The notes beneath the pieces are model-generated. The model worked only from the letters and a program-made list of their open reading frames with translations. It was not told the DNA's origin and did not search any database. From Octopus bimaculoides (Eukaryota), in contig NC_068984.1 in assembly GCF_001194135.2 (NCBI RefSeq), positions 99,972,023-100,036,022 of the forward strand: 64,000 nt of DNA, read 5' to 3'. This document shows positions 50,520-64,000 of this stretch, one piece after another. The position numbers and the translations under genes were made by a program. Every line of letters starts with the position of its first letter. Within the stretch, counting starts at the first letter, position 1.

Positions 50520-52050
50520 GCAGTACCAAGTGGCAAGAAAAGAGACTAAACATCAGATATACTTAGCAAGCAGAGAAACTGAAGAGGTTGACAACTGTGA
50601 GGATCAGAATCATAAAGTGTTTCAGTTTGGAAGACATTGTACTACAGAGAACTGAAATGTCACCAGGGAGAAGTGCATACAGAATTATAGTATTCATTAG
50701 CAACAGAGGCAGTATTAATAGTGAGAGATAATATTTATCCCCACTTAAACATAGACGTTCTCTTACAACGAACTATACTGGTGAAAAATGCACTCTTGTT
50801 TATATTGCTAGCAGGGGATTTATATGCAATGCATAGTAGACAGAGGAGCTACCTTCAGGATCAGCCTAGAGGAGATATTGTTTGAGTTTATACCAATACA
50901 GATTACCACTTATGCTTTCTTCATCCTATTGAGACAACAAAAGCTAGAAATAACCCTCTCAAAGTCTTTTCAAACTGGGAAAGATTTTGACAGAGTTTTA
51001 CACTTTGTAGTCAACTGGCTGCTAAGAAAAGTAGGAATAAATGGCTTGTGAGGGCCATCTACAGAGATGCTGTCTGCAAGGTGAGAGTTAACAATGAGTT
51101 CAACAAGGAATTTGGAGTGCAATTTCATGTACATCAGGGTTCAGTTCTCAGTCCCATTCTTTTTGTTATTGTTCTCCAGAATACAGAAAAAGAGTTTAAG
51201 AGTGGTTAATCATGGGAACTTCTGTATCCCAATGTCTTTGTTCTCATACCTGAATTTGTCATAAATTTAGAAGGAATATTCCAAACCAGGAAGCAAAACT
51301 TAGAAATGACAGGCCTTAAATTAAACCTAGAAAGGATTCAAGTTTCAGTTAACAGGAAAGAAAACAAGACTTCACTGCTGTCAAAAAAATGGGCATATCT
51401 GATATGCAGAAAAGATGTTGATAGAAGTGTAAACTATGAATGCAGAAAGGTGTGGTGGAATGACAGGCAGGCTGATAGAGAACATAAACATTATATATGA
51501 CAAATATGAAAATAACTTGCAGTAAGAGTACATGTAAGATGAATTTCTGTACATGCTTGGAGCTTCTTTGAAATTGATGATAGTCTTTTGTTATATAGGT
51601 GACCTAGTTAGCAGTGGAGGTGAGTGATCTGTAGGTGTGTTCATTAGAATGTGTGAAAAAATTGCAGAGAGCTATGACCTCAACTGATAACAAAGAATTT
51701 CTTTCTCAGTATGAAGTGAAGATTGTACAGTGTTTACATGTGAAATGCAATGCTGCATGTAGAGTATATGCTGAGGTTGCAAAGAAATGATGCAAGATTA
51801 CTCTACTGAATGTATAATGCTTATGTGTATGAAGGATTTAAGACTAAGAAAAAATCTGGATGGAAGCGGAATTGAATATAGTATACAAAACAGAAGACTA
51901 TATTTGTACAGTGATGTGGTGCATACAGAAGAAGTGAAATATATAATGAAGTCCTGAAGTCTTGAAGCTGATGAGAGTTGGGAAAAACAAAAAGCCAGGG
52001 AAGAGATGAGATGAAGGGTGAAGATGAATTTCACAAGGAGGGGATAAATG
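50520..52050 (+). mobile_element. Decayed RTE LINE ORF2 (RT domain to C-terminus)
   Basis: FRISLEEILFEFIP..TTYAFFILLRQ..KDFDRV..VNWLLRKVG; VRAIYRD..VRVNNE..HVHQGSVLSPILF..WELLY; later YIGDL.SSGG. Many stops. Confidence 0.75.
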
Positions 52051-52643
52051 ACTGTAATTGATGGCAAAGCACTATGCAGGTGAACAGATGCAAAAATGGT
52101 GACAATGGGGATGGTGGTGATGGTGATGAAGATGGGATGTATAATGTCTGCATTTGGATCTTGACCATTGAAGTACTGGGGTTGATATAATTGACTAAAA
52201 CACTTAGAGGTGGTGCCCCAGCATAGCTATAATCCAGTGATTTAAGCCAGTAAAAGGATTACTGAATATTCATGGATACATACATAAATTATACTCACAT
52301 TTTATATATTTAACATTTAAATATATTGTAAAAATAACTCAATTATATTGCTCATTTCTATATTTTCACTGACACAATACAACACTTAAACATTGTCTTA
52401 GTAATATCTTTACATTCCCCCCTCCTTCTAATCCTATATTCTCTTTTTTCTTCCCTTCTCCTCCCTTTCTCTTCCTCTTTCTCCCTCACTGACTTCTTTC
52501 TTTGCATTTTACTCTTCTCTCTCTTTCATTGCCATTTTCTCTCTTTTATTCTCACAGTTTCTCTATCTCTCTATTATTCTTACAGTCTCTCTCTCTCTCT
52601 CTTTTATTCTCACAGTCTCTTTTTCTCCCTTCCTCATACACAG

Positions 52644-52730
<87 letters not shown>

Positions 52731-53894
52731 CAACCTTCCTCTGTCTCTCACAGTCATTCTCTCTCTCTCTCTCTCTCTGTTTCACTCATACTCCCACTCT
52801 TCATGCTCTCTTGAAACATTCACATAACACCATTGTTGATATGAAAGTTGCTTCAAGGCAGCCTCATCCCTTCCCTCTCTCAGTATTTTGTTGTTTGCTT
52901 TTTTTTTAATGTCACTAGTTTGACTTTACTTGAGTGTTCAATCAAGTATTGGTGAAATGACGGCACCGATATACTCAGGATTCTAAGGAATCATGGGAAA
53001 CACTTTATAATACAGAGAAAGTTCCAATTACCACATTTGCCTCATTCTGACATTAGACATTAGAATTCTTTGCTTTGAACTATTCTAGAACTGTGACTGG
53101 CCAACAGTCATGATTCTTCTTTCTTCCTTCCCCCTCCCTGCCCACTACTTTCTTTTACTAGAATTGAAACATAGAACATCACGGAATTCTATTTGAAGTG
53201 GCTCAGGGTGTTGACTGTAAAAATATTTTCAGATTTCAAGATCCTCTTCAGAATTTAGTAAGAGGCTATCAAAGACTACCAGACAAAAGCAAATTGGCTA
53301 TGGTAAAATACCAGATGGCACTGATAATTCTATGAAATATTGTGATACATTATAATTGTTTTCAGCTACAATAGTTTCCAAGTAAGTCTAGGGAGAGAAA
53401 CAGAGAATAAAGAGAATGTTATCTCAAAAATCATCTCATTATATTATGCATGTGAGACCTCACCGTGTATGTATTTAATATGCATATTACTCACTTGGAA
53501 ATATTTTTTCTTAACCATATTGTTGATATTCATAATCAACATCTTTAAATTATTTCTGTAGAAGAATGGCTGTGTGGTTTAGAAGTTCTCTTTCCAACCA
53601 CATGGCTTCATGTTCAGTCCCATTGCACAGCACCAAGGATAAGTGTCATCTACTTTAGTCCCAGCGTGACTAATGTTTTGTCCTTTATTTCATTCACGGG
53701 GTCCCTTCAGTCTTGCAAGTTGCAAAATCACTTCAGTGCCATAAAAAAAGCACCCAGTACACTTTGTAAAGTGGCTGGCTTTAAAAGGGGCATCCAGCCA
53801 TTGAAACTCTGTGAAACAGGGACACTGGAGCATGATGTGGTCCTCTCACTCACTAGATTTTCTCAAATAATCCTGCTCGTTGTTTTATAAAATA

Positions 53895-54480
53895 GTGTAT
53901 GTTATCATCAAACTAGACAGTGAGAGGCTCAAACAGGTTGAATTGTACAAGTATCTTGGAGGCCAAATTTCTAACAAAGCCACATGTAAGAAAGAAATTA
54001 GAACATGGCTAGCCATGGCAAGAACATTTGTGGTAAAGCTTAATAACATCTGGACCAGCAAAATTGTCCCAAGTTAGTGTGAGTACTCATTTAGCCAATA
54101 GGAATTTATGGTTATCAACCTTGGACTCTGAACAGTTTTGAAGAGGACATAATCAAAGTGTTTGAAATGTGGGTGTATAGGTGAATGTTACAAGTCTCTT
54201 ACAAGGACCATTGAACAAATGGATAGGTGTTATAACCAGTAGGCGAAAGGAGACAACTGAAATTGTGAAAAAATAAAAGTTCATCAATTATGGCCATATT
54301 CAAAGAAGTAGAGGTCTGGAAAACATCATCATGGAAGGAAGAGTAGAAGGGAGTAGATCAACAAGCAGGCAAAGAATGCAATGGATGGACAATATCATGA
54401 GATGGTTGGACAAGAGTGGCAAGGAAGCTTGAGAATTCACGCTTAATCAAGAAATCTTTTGTTGTAGTGTCATCAATGTG
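53895..54480 (+). mobile_element. RTE (BovB-like) LINE fragment, post-RT region
   Basis: LKQVELYKYLGGQI..KKEIRTWLAMAR; WTL..IKVFEMWVYR; YGHIQR..LENIIMEGRVEGSR..RQRMQWMDNI. Confidence 0.8.
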
Positions 54481-54917
54481 CTGCTGTTATACAATACATA
54501 ATGACAACAACTAATACAGTTTTTTTTTTTACTCTACCTTTGGTTTTTGAGTACTACTTTTTCCACTTTGTTTTACACCTGAGTGCTTACTTGTGTGTGT
54601 GTGTGTGTGTCTGTGAGTGTGTCTATGTGTGTGTGTCTGTGTGTGTGTATGTATGTATGTGTGTGTGTGTGTGTGTGTCTGTGTATCATATTAGGGATAA
54701 AAATCCAAAATTACAGGNNNNNNNNNNTCTGTGTATCATATTAGGGATAAAAATCCAAAATTACAGGTAAAAACTCAATTAAAATCAATTTATAAAAATT
54801 AAAATTAAATTAAGTTTCACCGTATTAAATATATATAAATATATAGTTTATGTGACAGTGGATTTTCATCAATGAGTTCATGAACCCTGGTTCTTTTTCC
54901 TAAAACTATATAGTTAT

Positions 54918-55629
54918 ATATGTTCCGTTGGATGTGTAATGTCAATGTGAATACTCGTCAGAGTGTAAGTATCTTGAGAGAAAAGCTGAACATTAGAAGC
55001 ATCAGTTGTGGCGTGCAAGAGAGACGTTTGCGCTGGTATGGACATGTGGTGAGAATCGATGAGGATAGCTGCGTGAAAAAGTGCCACACCCTAACAGTTG
55101 AGGGAACCCGTGGAAGAGGTAGGCCCAGGAAGACCTGGGCTGAGGTGGTGAGGCAAGACCTTCGTACATTGGGCCTCACCGAGGCGATGACTACTGACCG
55201 AGACCTTTGGAAATGTGCTGTGCGNNNNNNNNNNNNNNNNNNNNNNNNNNNNNNNNNNNNNNNNNNNNNNNNNNNNNNNNNNNNNNNNNNNNNNNNNNNN
55301 NNNNNNNNNNNNNNNNNNNNNNNNNNNNNNNNNNNNNNNNNNNNNNNNNNNNNNNNNNNNNNNNNNNNNNNNNNNNNNNNNNNNNNNNNNNNNNNNNNNN
55401 NNNNNNNNNNNNNNNNNNNNNNNNNNNNNNNNNNNNNNNNNNNNNNNNNNNNNNNNNNNNGGTGACACGTAAAAGCACCCACTACACTCTCTGAGTGGTT
55501 GGCTTTAGGAAGGGCATCCAGCTGTAGAAACTCTGCCAAATCAGACTGGAGCCTGGTGTTGCCATCCGGTTTCACCAGTCCTCAGTCAAATCGTCCAACC
55601 CATGCTAGCATGGAAAGCGGACGTTAAAC

Positions 55630-55662
<33 letters not shown>
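54918..55662 (+). mobile_element. Young RTE LINE 3' end (intact ORF2 C-terminus, 3' UTR, (GAT)n tail), spanning an N gap
   Basis: MFRWMCNV..LREKLNIRSI..QERRLRWYGHVVRIDEDSCVKKC..VEGTRGRGRPRKTWAEVVRQDL..DRDLWKCAV. After the gap 55225-55460 comes UTR ending GCGGACGTTAAACG(ATG)n. Confidence 0.9.
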
Positions 55663-55689
55663 ATATATATATATATGTATGTATGTATG

Positions 55690-55722
<33 letters not shown>

Positions 55723-57071
55723 GTGTGTATGTGTGCCTATTTGCATGTAAGTGTTTGTATGAAGGAGTTCATATTTCCTTAGCATTTGCTGATTTGTAAA
55801 CAATGGTTTGCTTCCAGTGTTATTGATTTCCAGTCCACCGTGAAAGGATATTTAGGTTTCTTGATACATCGATACATTTCAACATGTTACATGAGCTTTA
55901 TAAAGATAAGCTTATTAAACAGAGACGTATGTTCTCAGCTTTGCACATGAAATGCGTCCCCGCTGTTGTTTGATAGACAAAGAAGTTGTTACTATATTTG
56001 GAAACAAGGGTGGAATGGCAACATGCAGGGCATTTAGCTGTAGAAAAACTCTGACTCAACATACTCTCATCTGACCTATTCAAGCATGGAAAAAGTAGAC
56101 ATAAAATCAATGATGGAGATATTACAATCCTGAGCCTTATGAAGGAGATGACAGAAGACTGAAATAGGTGATGCATTGCTGAACTCATGAAAACCTACCT
56201 GCCACAGCAGAATTGATATCCTAAAGCCAAGGTGCCATGTAAAAAGCATTAATGTGGGTGCTGGTACCACATAAAAAGCACTAGTGATGGTGCCATGTAA
56301 AAAGTGCCCAGTACAGTATTGGTGTTAGGAAGAACATCGAGCTGTAGAAACCAAGCCAAAACAGACTATGGAATCTGATGTAACCCTTGGCCTTGCCAGT
56401 TACTCTGAAGTTGTTCAACACATGCCAGCATGTAAAACATATATTAAATGACGATCACACACATACACAGGTGCCATGTGTAACCTGGCTTTAAAATAAG
56501 TACATTGCATCCCTGCGTGTTTTAAGAGGTATAAAACTACACTGGCATGCTGTCACAAAATACTACATCAAAATGTCTCTTCCAGTTTGAGCCAACTTAG
56601 AAAAGTGGGCATAGAAATTATGATAATGATGCACTAAATGTGTGAGTTGTGTGTGTATGTGTGTTTGAAGGTGCATGGCCAAGTGGTTAAGGTGATGCAC
56701 TCACAATTACTAGATTCTTAGGTTCTATTCCTGGACCGGGCAGTGCATTGTGTTCTTAAGCAAAATACTTCATTTTACATTTCTTTGTAATCATTTTGAT
56801 AGCTGGTGTGTGGAATACTTGTGCACCTGTACAAGCAATGTTGATTTGACAGAGGGAGTGAGCTTATGTAAACACAAGCATTTGATCATTGTAAACAAAT
56901 TATCTGTCTAGTTGTTCAGCAAGAAATTGCAGAACCCTCATCCATTATTTAATGATGGAAGAGTCCATAACATGTGTGTGTGCTTTGTGTGTGTGTGGGT
57001 GGGGGGATTGGGTGTGTGTGTGTGTGTATTCTGCATTAAATTAAGAAATGGTAATGAGTGTAAATTCTGTA

Positions 57072-57300
57072 AATAATCATTATAAGCTTATACTTATAAG
57101 CATTCATCATATATTGGCTATATAAAATTGTGTAGTATTGGAGTATATAAGCCCTTGACAGAAGAAAATGGGCATTAGTATGCATGGGAATAGAGGTGCG
57201 GGTTTGATTCCCATGCATACTAATACCCATTATTTTCTATCAAGGGCTCATATGCCCAAATACTAGACTTTTTTATAAGTTTTAGCTTATAATTATTATC
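57072..57300. mobile_element. Palindromic element / long hairpin (core arms 57131-57191 and 57207-57267, 15-nt loop)
   Basis: AATGGGCATTAGTATGCATGGGAAT pairs with ATTCCCATGCATACTAATACCCATT (24/25). The arms extend outward with mismatches. Confidence 0.75.
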
Positions 57301-57733
57301 TTGGCCATTGCTAAGCTCGCACGAGCTTTCTTCTCTCTTCCTTCCAGTTTGTCGCATCACAGCATTCAGTATACACATATTTTTTCACGTCTGGCCATAT
57401 AGCCTTTCTTTTTTATTTTCATTGTTTCATTTTCCTGTCTTATTTTCTGTCCGCCACTACATTCTTCCACATTACAAATTTAATTTGTCTCCATGGGAAG
57501 AGCCATTCTAACAATGCGTCCTACCCTAACTCTTCAAAACACTTGGTTTTAGAATGGTGGCAGCTGATGAAAGAAATGTTCTCTATGTGGCCTGTGTGTT
57601 TTCTGTGCTCTGTTTATCATTCTGTCCACGTTTTTTTGCAACGTCCTGTACCCAGATATGCATCTATATATACATGTAGATGTAGGTATCTACATACATG
57701 TACGTATATATGCATATACTCACATATTATTTG

Positions 57734-57767
<34 letters not shown>

Positions 57768-58930
57768 AGAGAGAGAGAAAGAGAGAGAGATGCAAAACAT
57801 GACTGAGTGGTTAAAAATTTCATTCTTTAGGTCATGGTTTTAGATGCAGTGCCATTACACCACAGCTTGAGCAAGTGTTTTTATTATAACACTGAGTTGA
57901 GCAACACTCTATGAGTGAATTTCAGTGTTGGAAGTTGCAGGAAGCCATTTATGTGTGTGTGTGTGTGTGAATTTCTCTGTGTGTGCAAGACAATGATGGT
58001 ATTGACATTCCTCATTGATTTCACAAATGGTTATCTTGGAAATAACAATCCCTTACTTGAGAAAAATAGGTGTGGGTTAGCAACAGGAAAAGCTTCCTAC
58101 TTGAAATAGCTCCTTGTCTAACCTATGCTGGCACGGAAAAGTGGCCAATGTACAAACTGATGAGAGCAGGTACAAACATATATTCATACAAATATATTGG
58201 GTTCAAATTTTGGCACAATGCTAGCAAGTTCAGGGGATGGGATTGTCGATAACATCAATCCTCGTGCTCAACTGGTACTTATTTTATCAACCTCAAAAAG
58301 ATGAAAAGTGAAGTCAACCTCGGCAGAATTTGAACTCAGAATGGGAAGACAGATGAAATGCTGCTAAGCATTTTTCCCAGTGTGCCAACAATTCTGCCAG
58401 CTCGCTGCCTTGAATATTAATGTTTAGTTTTATACTGAGTTATAATTCTTTCTGCTATAGACACAAGGTTTAAAATTTTTGTGAGGAGGGGTTCTAGTCA
58501 ATTGCATCAACCCCGGTGCTTGACTGGTACTTATTTCATTGACCCTGAAAGGATGAAAGGCTAAGTCAACCTCAGTAGAGTGATAATAGAGATAATTTTA
58601 CAATAAACAGGACTACTCAATACTTTTTGTAGAGTACATATTTGTTATTCCCTTACAAGAATATTGTTGACACTAACTTTGAAGTTTTGGCCTGCCTAGC
58701 TTTCATCAGACTGCCATGAAGAGGGGTGTCTATGTGTGCGTGTGTGTGTGTACATGCATGTGTGGATATGTGTATGTGTTGGCATGTATATGTGCACCTG
58801 TATGTTTATATGTATACATGCATGTGTGCATACATATCTGTGTATATGTATATGTTTATGTGTTTGTTTGTATATATGCATGTGTATGTATGCATGTGTA
58901 TGTATGCACATATGTATGTGTGTATGTATG

Positions 58931-58971
<41 letters not shown>

Positions 58972-59676
58972 GTGTGGATGATATATGTGTGTGTGTGTTT
59001 ATTTGTGTACATATTTCAGATAGTGTTGTGATGAGTTGAAACATTGGAACCTTTGGTATTATTACATCATAAGAATAATCTTAATTATCTTTAAAACTTC
59101 TGGCATTACCATATCAGACTATAATTATTGATTCTTGTAATATTTACTGCGATAATGTCAAGATAGGTTTGTTGTTATGATGGGTGTTACAACATAAGTA
59201 GAGCATCCACAGAAATGATATTAGTGTTATCATGATATCAGTGTATAGAATATTGGTATCATAGAAACTTTTGGTGTTACCATATCAAAATAGAGTTATT
59301 GATTCTTGTAATACTTGGCATCATAATGTCAAGATAGATTTCTTATTGTTGTTGGTGGCTGGTTTCCCCTCCAGGTCATCTTTGATCAAACAGACAGTGA
59401 TCAAAGATGTTCCAGCTAGTCTTTTTTTTTTTTTGTTACTTCTACACATCTTGTATCTAGGAATACATTATCGTATGTACTTATCTTGTGGTTGTTTGTC
59501 CTAAAGTCAATCCTGAGATGCAACAGACCTTCTTGCTTGTTTTTTTTTTTCTTTTTCCACGCAGAGCATATCTCAGATTGCATTTTCCAATGTGTCCTTC
59601 CTTATTTTAAGAGTATAACATATGAGTTAATAGAGATTTAGCTGCTGCTTCTAACTGGTCAAGTGAACATGTAGAC

Positions 59677-59870
59677 CAGCATTTCTCAACTGAGGTTTCC
59701 TGGAACCCTAGGGTTCTGCAAAAGGTTCCTAGGGGTTCTGTGAGAAAGAGTGAGATAAGCTAATGCTAATTTCATGTCAGGCAGCTAAAATAACATCCCT
59801 GCATTTTAAGTTTCAGTTCAAGTTGAAATTTAGGAAGTAAGTCTATACCTATTCGCCAACAAGCAAATAT
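59677..59870. mobile_element. hAT (Buster/Charlie-like) left-end remnant
   Basis: CAGCATTTCTCAACTGAGGTTTCC..GAACCCTAGGGTTCTGC..GGGGTTCTGTGAG resembles Charlie-type termini. No right end was found. Confidence 0.4.
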
Positions 59871-62800
59871 TACCTGTAATTCATAAATATATAATATTAC
59901 CTGTAATATTTTATATATTATAGATACAATATTACCTGTAATTCATAAATATACATATATACAGGTTAGAGCCACTCATTAGCACAACCAATCACAGTAT
60001 GCTGACTGGAATATGATTAGAGAGACTTATCTCTGTCAGTTTGCAGCACTACGCTTCTCCAGTGTCTGATGCTGAAGAGGAGATAACTACTCTGAAACAC
60101 ATGCATTCATCAGTTTGTGAATGGCTTTCTCACAGGTTCAAACATGCCTCATGCATATTTGAACTGATAACAAGTTTATGCATATGTATATATTTGTATA
60201 TATGCATGTATGTACATATGGGTTTCTGTACAGTTCCCACCAGCTGAACCCCACTGAAGGCTTGGCCAATTTGATTTTGCAGTGGAAAACATATGACCAA
60301 GTTGTCACACAAGGGATGGAACACTAAACCACATGGTTTAAATAAAACTTCTTAATCACTCAGCCATGTACACATATACTGCTCCCCCCCACACACACAC
60401 AGTACCAGGTAGTATGGGATAGATTTGCTGATGCCACCAGAGGCATGATATAAGAAGAGCATCTCTATGAATGACACTGGTGTTATCATGATATCAGTGC
60501 ATGGGAATAGTATTGGCATTGTTGCCTTTAACTATGATGTCTCTGAAGAGAAATAATAATAAAAATAATAATGATAATGATGATGATGATGATAGCTGAA
60601 TATCCTTTTAGACAAAAGGTTTGATATCTCTTTTGGGAATGGTGGTGGTGGTGGTGAACTGAAGTGATATCTAACTATGCCGTATTCCTGAGTGATATTA
60701 ATGCTAGCTTCTGGCTGAATAGAAAGAGAAAAAGTGTTAAAAACAAGAAACAAAAACAAACCAACAAAGACACAGGGAATAAAAGGAATCATGATAACAA
60801 CCACAATAACAACAGAAACAATAATAGCATCAATATCAATAGTAACTTTGGAATTGGTTTCTGTGAAAATGAATGTTCTCTCTTGCTTCTGTGACAAATA
60901 ATTGTCCATACGTAGCTTTTTACTACAGATATTCTTAATACCTGAATTATCTCAATAAAATTATTGGTTTCTATTCACGGCTTGCGTATAATAATGGCTA
61001 CATTTATTCTGTGCACAACTAGAATTTATTTTCTACACAATCCATATATTTACCTTATTTTTTGTATTTGGATTCTTTTAGGGTTTTTGTTTTTTTGTTT
61101 TGTTTTTGTTCTTTTTTTGTTTGTTTGATTATTTTGCACAGATTCATATGTATTTAAAATTTATTCTGCGTTAATAATTTCAATTTTCCAAAGTAAAACA
61201 TTTCCCACCATGAAAACCATCCTCCCAATAAGTACATGAATGTTTATAGCATATGTATGTATTTATATGTATGTGTGTGTGAACATTGAATGTAAAGACA
61301 TCACTGTAGACAAGGAAGAATAAAGAGAACTTGCAAATGTGTGTGTGAGTGTGTGACTGCATATGTATGCATAATTGTGCATCTGTGTGTGTGTGTGTAT
61401 AAAATTATGTTATTCTTATATTACTGTTCACTCCTCCATGCCATCCTGGGTCAGATGAAATTCATTGAAGCAGATTTTCTAAACTTGAATGTTCTTTCTG
61501 TCACCAACACTCACCTGCTTTCATTAAGGTAATATTTCCCTAAGTCTTCCAAATGCAAACAACTCAATGGCTGGACAGATTTTTATGGAAGCTGGCAAAC
61601 AAACAAACATTTCTTGTATAATTGTGATGTTTAATTACAATTACTGCATCATGTCAAGACAAGGAGAAACAAACACACTTCTGCATGAATACATATCTAC
61701 ATATATGCATGCATACATAACATGCACTAGGAGTATGCCACTAGGTGGCTTTAGGTAAAGAGAGCTGACCACTGGTTTGCTGTTATTGGGAGGCAAGCTA
61801 GGATTTGATCAACTCTAGCTAGGTTGACTGGGTGGCAGGATCTGAGGTTGAAAGACCCAAAACTCTTGAGACCCCCAAAACATCACTGATGATGCACCTC
61901 AGAGGATCTGCAAGATGTATTTTAAAACTAAACAGACATATTTGTGTATGTAACGTCTGTTTTCCATGCTGGCATGTATTGCACCAGGTTCCATTGTCTG
62001 TTTTGGCATGGTTTCTATAGCAGAATGTAACACCAACCATTTTACAGAGTATACGGAGTGCATTTTATGTTGCACCAGCACCACTGCTTTTTACATGGCA
62101 CCAGCACCACTGCTTGTGAAATTAATGTGCAAGTGGCTAACCACTCCACAGGCACACATATCCTTAATGTAGTTCTCAGGGAGATGTAGCATGACACAGA
62201 ATGTAACAAGACAGGCCCTTTGAAATACAAGTACTACTCCTTTTAGCTAGCTGAGTGGACTGGAACAATGTGAAATAAAGTGTCTTGCTGAAGGATACAA
62301 TGTACCACTGGAAATCGAACTCATGGCCTTACGATCGTGAGGGGAATACCCCAACTGCTAAGCCATGTACCTTCACGGCTACCCCAACTGCTAGCCATAT
62401 ACAAATATAAATAGAACATACTAATAATTCTTATGGGCCTCTCTGTCTTGTGAAAACATCAGACTTGGGTCAGTAATGTTGTCCATTGGTCAAGATCAGC
62501 CATTTCCCAAGTATCCGTGTTTGCTTTTTCTATGTCACCAATGTTGCATGACATAAAAGTCATGGATTGATACAGAATGGCTCCAGTGTCATTGCAGAGG
62601 CTGCTATCAGAACCCCAAGGGCTGCAACAAATACCACCAGGCATCTTTTCAATGTTTTGAGAATTCAGTTAGTCCACAATCCTGCACTGGTAATTTATTT
62701 ATTGACTTCCAAAAGATGGAAGGCAAAGTTGACCTTAGCATCATTTGAACTTAGTATGCAGACAGCTAAAATATAATGCAAGGCAGTCTATCCAGTGATT

Positions 62801-63179
62801 TAATAACTCTGCCATGTGTGTGTGTGTATGAGAGAGAGAGAGAGAGTGTGTCCATTGTTGCTGGCAGCAGCAGTCCTCATTGTATTCCTCATCATTATTT
62901 CTATGCCGGCATGAGTTGGACAGGTTATTTCTCAATGGTTCAGAGGGCTACACCATGCCCAAAAGTAGCGTTTTGGTTTGGTTTCTACAATTGGATACCT
63001 TTCCTAGCACTACCCACTTTACAGAGTATACTGGACTACATTTTATCATGGCATCAGCACTAGAGAGGTTGTCATATCTTCAATAAAACAGAAAGGTTTT
63101 TCTCCAGTGTCTTGTGCTCATCTTATCAGTTAACTAGCACTAGGGACAATTGCAATGACCTTGACAAGATTAAAGGAAA

Positions 63180-63524
63180 CCCTCTTAGTACCGCCTGACT
63201 GGCCTTCGTAGGATTTTCGAGCGAGATCATTGCCAGTGCCCCTGGACTGGCTCCTGTGCGGGTGGCACATAAAATACACCATTTTGAGCATGGCCATTGC
63301 CAGTACCACCTGACTGACCTTCGTGCGGGTGACACGCAAAAGCACCCACTACACTCTCTGAGTGGTTGGCGTTAGGAAGGGCATCCAGCTGTAGAAACTC
63401 TGCCAAATCAGATTGGAGCCTGGTGTTGCCATCCGGTTTCACCAGTCCTCAGTCAAATCGTCCAACCCATGCTAACATGGAAGGCGGACGTTAAACGACG
63501 ATGATGATGATGATGATGATGATT
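63180..63524 (+). mobile_element. Young RTE 3'-UTR copy with (GAT)n tail
   Basis: Nearly identical to 55461-55662 over the shared part. Other diverged UTR copies at about 12931-13300(-), 19150-19240, 20000-20170, 21080-21400, 24537-24605(-), 25130-25330(-), 53740-53860, 55980-56110, 56200-56455, 61960-62120(-) and 62880-63070(-). Confidence 0.85.
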
Positions 63525-64000
63525 TACAGAATGTACTGGATGCATATTATCATGACATCTACACTAGGAAAGATACTTTATATCTCACACAATTGGAGAA
63601 TAGGTGTGTGTATGAAGGTAAGCATGCATATGTGCGTGTATATATGCATACACATGCACATGCGTATAGAGATATACAGGAAACTAGATAAACCATTATC
63701 ATTTTTACACAGCTTGTTTTTCTACCATGCTGTCATGCTTTGGAAGAGACTTTTTGAGATAGTATTTCACAGCTGGAATATATTCTTTACACCAACTTTT
63801 ACTGGTTTTCAAATAAGGGGCTTTAATCTACTGCTTTTTTACATCTTGAAACACTGAGTTGCAGGGCATAAAATCATCACTATTGCCCAAGTAATGTTGA
63901 TATGAAGATATATGGAAACAAACACACACACAGAGCTAAACAAAGTTATATAAGGATGAACAGTGCAGTGATGTTGCACATCAGAAGATAGAGTTAATAC

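Noticed and set aside
54678-54768. Exact ~40-bp direct repeat on both sides of a 10-N gap
   Set aside because: Typical contig-overlap artefact of scaffolding.
60041-60170. Possible small exon (TTTGCAG/HYASPVSDAEEEITTLKHMHSSVCEWLSHR)
   Set aside because: Weak donor, no recognisable homology, and no neighbouring exons to link.
1-64000. CRISPR arrays, rRNA or prokaryotic systems
   Set aside because: No regularly spaced repeat-spacer array, no rRNA-like sequence and no dense ORF organisation; the DNA is eukaryotic repeat-rich sequence.

Overview
AT-rich, gene-poor animal genomic DNA from a draft scaffold (five large N gaps, four 10-N gaps). The SINE, LINE and microsatellite content looks like a cephalopod, probably Octopus; this is inferred from repeat recognition, not from a database search. 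I cannot support any intact host gene or exon. Most of the supplied ORF track is translated (TA)n, (CA)n, (GA)n and (AAT)n microsatellite. The recognisable content is decayed mobile DNA: two abundant tRNA-derived SINE families; RTE LINE fragments with (GAT)n tails; R4/Dong-type LINE 3' ends (CCHC plus restriction-like endonuclease) associated with (TAA)n; a Penelope-like element (RT plus GIY-YIG); a near full-length Tigger/pogo fossil; two maT/DD37D mariner-like fragments; piggyBac-type and hAT-type MITEs; several foldback elements; and a gag-like zinc-knuckle remnant. The most interesting signal is three sequence-unrelated minimal type I hammerhead ribozyme motifs on the + strand (about 14.6, 32.4 and 48.3 kb). 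Each has a palindromic, loop-less or near loop-less helix III. One sits in the Penelope terminal repeat and two sit in small ORF-less elements. Also notable are a ~200-bp local templated insertion flanked by an exact 36-bp duplication, and (AAT)n microsatellites that act as nested insertion hubs.
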